Shown: positions 32,968-36,117 of the stretch, one piece after another
Position numbering within the stretch: position 1 is the stretch's first letter
Layout of the letters: every line of letters starts with the position of its first letter
Assembly: GCF_001194135.2 (NCBI RefSeq)
Contig: NC_068986.1
Coordinates: forward strand, 83,262,749 to 83,298,865
Reading direction: 5' to 3'
Source of the DNA: Octopus bimaculoides
Lineage: Eukaryota
Length of the DNA: 36,117 bases
Notes under the pieces: generated by a model
Told to the model about the DNA's origin: nothing
Databases searched by the model: none
What the model saw: only the letters and a program-made list of their open reading frames with translations
Position numbers and translations under genes: made by a program

Positions 32968-34799
32968 CACACACTCAAGATAAAGTACTCAACACACAGA
33001 GCTCTCTCTGTTTCTCTCCCTGCTTAGTTTTATAGTAGTGAGCAGTGCCTACTTTTGGCATAGTCATTTACAGCTGAGTGGAATTGACCATTTGAGAGTT
33101 AAGCGTCTTGACCAGTCGTAGAATGTAGTGATGATGGAGTGATATGAACTATTGTTCCAGATGGTAATCCAACATCTCTAAACTAGGCCAGTCACTTTTT
33201 TTTCCTTTTTATGGAAAAGATAAAAAAAGAATGTTATATTTGGGGATGGTCATATTTTGCCAATTAAACACATGCACTATATATTTGGTCTTCACTTCAG
33301 CTTTATTATTATTATAGTTTCTTTGTCAAAGTTCTTTTGTCACAGATTCTGTGACCCAAGACAAATACATAAACATAATAAAAAGAAATGTTTTATAAAA
33401 ACCTAATATTCTTTTGCTGTCTGTTTAACAAAATGTCATAAAGTATGACCAGCACAAATATTCAAATTTGACAGGTGAAGTAGGTGTCTGTCTGAAATTA
33501 CATATCAATTGATTGCTCTCATTTTTTTCTTTTTAAAAAATATTGACATAAAGAAGATTCTTAAATTTCACAGTTTACTTTGATTTACAGCTGGATAAGG
33601 ACCATTCCAGTGTTCATCTGTAATAAAAAAAAAAAACACAAACCATTAAAAAAAGAAATTTTGACTACTAGGCTTACTATCAATTTGTATTTTATGTCTA
33701 CTTCTATAATACTCTGCTACACTAAAGCTACTAGCTCCTATCTAAACTCACCTCAACATAATTTTCCTCCACTTGTCATTTTATTTTATCATATATTCCC
33801 TATCGTACAAAAATTTTTACTCCAATCTTCTTAACCTTTGCCTTCTCAGTTCACAGTTAAAATATATGTAGTTATGTGCAGACTCTACCTTTTAAATTAA
33901 AACATATACGTTCCATTCTTCTGTCATTCACTTTTCTTACCTGGGTATCAGCAACAAAATCTCCCTTTTCGACTTCCTATATTGCTCCTTGAACTTCAAC
34001 AACTCTTCGATCACATCTCTTCCTGCAGCAAAAATATCTATCTCACTTCACCCCTCTCTGAAATCATCATCCTGCTGTTCTTAGCTCTCCCATAACTACA
34101 CTGACATGATGCCAGAAGAGAATTTGAATATTTCAACCCTTAACCATCTGTATCAACTAGTCTCATTCCTACATGTATCTCTGACTAACACACACTCCAA
34201 ACAACCACTTTCACTTCTCCAAATCTAGTTTTTATCAAGCAAATCACTCTGCATCTATCACATTGTCCAACAATTGGCTCATGTATATTCACCAAATATC
34301 TATGTACTACATGATATCTACTTCCTAGACCTTATACTACTTCAAGCCAGCTGAATGGAACTTTGTCAGTTCTATGCTATTCCCTGGCAGCACATGTGCT
34401 TCATCCCTAACCTATCAAAAACATCTAAGTAGGTAAGTGAAATAATCCTCTTAAGCATGTCTTTCCACATCCCATGCAACCAAAACTCATAGCTTTAAAT
34501 CCCCCAAGTGGTTCAGTTATAACTTCACTATAGTAGTTTAGATAAAGATTATAGCCTACAGTACTTAAGGAAAATCTATAACACAGGGTGGTTTTTACTC
34601 AGTATTGCAACTCCTGCAAGACCAGATGTGAAATGTCAAGGATAACTCTGTGTTTCACAGCCTGCTAATTATCTTGCCTTCCAAACTGCAGCTAATCTTT
34701 CGGTTCCTTATCAAAAGTTTCTACCAGTCTGCCAAATGATGCGTCTTCTGCCCAATTTTTCTTTCAAAACATTTACACTTTGTTGTACATGCACACTGA

Positions 34800-35420
34800 C
34801 ATTGATAGTGTGGCTCTTTCAAATATACCCAATAAACACAATGCCTTTTGCATCTCAAAAAACTGAGGCCATCACCTTCCCTGCAAATGAAACAACCTTA
34901 GCCTTCTTTGGAGCAGGTGAGGAGGGTGTTTGTGTTACATGGATTGTCTCTTTGTCTCTGACTTAAACTGATGAACCCAACACTCATCCTGGATTAGGAA
35001 ACATGCAAGGAAACCAGCTGAATCTGCCTCAAATGATGCCAGTGATGTGATCAGCCTTGTGTACTTTTGATCAGTTATCAGAAGATGTGGCACCTACTGA
35101 GCAGAAACCTTCATCATGCCAAGATCATTGTGTAGAATATTCTCAACTCTCTCATGGGACATGCTAATAGCATTGGCTATTTGATTTATAGTCAATCACC
35201 TATCATTCATCATCATGTGGTGAACATAATCAATGTTTTCTCTGCTGATGGCTGTTGCAGGATGTCCAGACCTAGGGATCATCAAGACTCATCCTTCCCT
35301 TCCCAAATTCAGCTGCCCACTTTTGCATTGTTGATAAAGCTAGAGCATCATCCCCTAATGTAGCATCCATGTCAGTATGAATGTCCTCATGCTACCTTTA
35401 AGGATCTTCTTGGACATTTG
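34800..35420 (-). mobile_element. Decayed mariner transposase
   Basis: Minus strand gives STMQKWAAEFGKGRMSLDD, RSGHPATAISRENIDYVHHMMMNDR*LTINQIA, ILHNDLGMMKVSAQ*VPHLL, QDECWVHQFKSETKRQSM and GKVMASVF*DAKGIVFI. These are diagnostic mariner motifs with stops. Confidence 0.85.
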
Positions 35421-36061
35421 AGGAAATCTATTTCCTGTACATTCTTAATATTTATTATACCTGCACATCTGCCACACACACAGAGACTACTTTCTCTGTT
35501 AACCTCCCTATGGTTCCACTGCACCTCTTATGTGTTCATGGCTTGCACTGGGTATACCAAATGGAATTTCTACCTACACTAGGACTATTCACATTGGATC
35601 TCCACCACTCTGTCTGAAAAGTGTTCACCGCTATCAAAATACTAACTAGTCAAGTAGCTTTTGCTCAGTTGCATAATGAGGTCAAAGTGATAGTCACCTT
35701 GGTGTTTAAAATGTTTCAGATGATAATCTTTTGAAGTGCATGTTCATAATATAATACAGACACAATAGAGATTGATGTCAAATTTACTTGACAAACAACT
35801 GCATATCTGTTGCTTGAAAAGTATATAATTATGCATGCTCACACTATACTAATTCTCAAGTAAAACTGACACAGGACATGATTAAACTCCAAATAGAATG
35901 CTGGCATGGTAAAAAATGTTACAAATACCCCCCCCCTCCTCACACACATATTGACATGATAAAATGCTCCAAGCTGATGTTCTAAAGGTCAAAAGTCAAC
36001 AGAAAATGTTAAAACAATGAAGGATATGAGGATGGAAGGCAGAATTAGAGAAACTGAGATG

Positions 36062-36117
36062 TATATTAAGGGCCTCTCACTCAGAGTAAAAGGCAGACTG
36101 TATGACGCATGTGTACG
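36062..36117 (+). mobile_element. RTE LINE fragment at window edge
   Basis: KGLSLRVKGRLYDACV, near-identical to 31889-31935. Confidence 0.8.

Noticed and set aside
33930-34800. Minus-strand decayed LINE endonuclease or RTE C-terminal fragments
   Set aside because: Only faint motif traces (and a short RTE-like match at ~34735-34810), too degraded to delimit.

Overview
AT-rich animal genomic scaffold with seven N-gaps. The SINE and RTE repeat families look like those of octopus (inferred from repeat content only). One protein-coding gene is supported. It is a three-coding-exon, + strand homolog of the histidine acid phosphatase PXYLP1/ACPL2 (10669-10720, 11798-12019, 14269-15449; about 484 aa, with an N-terminal hydrophobic anchor and one GC-AG intron). 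Both catalytic signatures are replaced (RHGxRxP to SSGQTLP; the HD position reads KL), so it looks like an intact pseudophosphatase. The rest is mostly transposon debris: RTE and CR1 LINEs, tRNA-type SINEs, mariner remnants, a possible Helitron-like element, and four unrelated GG-terminated MITE-like elements with 8-bp target-site duplications (Merlin-like). The main structures not explained by these features are (i) five dispersed copies of a conserved IRE-like stem-loop (CAGUG-type loop, compensatory stem changes) between 21.0 and 28.0 kb, and (ii) a 1.2-kb palindrome built from four copies of a ~300-bp unit at 24.8-26.0 kb. No CRISPR, rRNA or bona fide tRNA gene was found.
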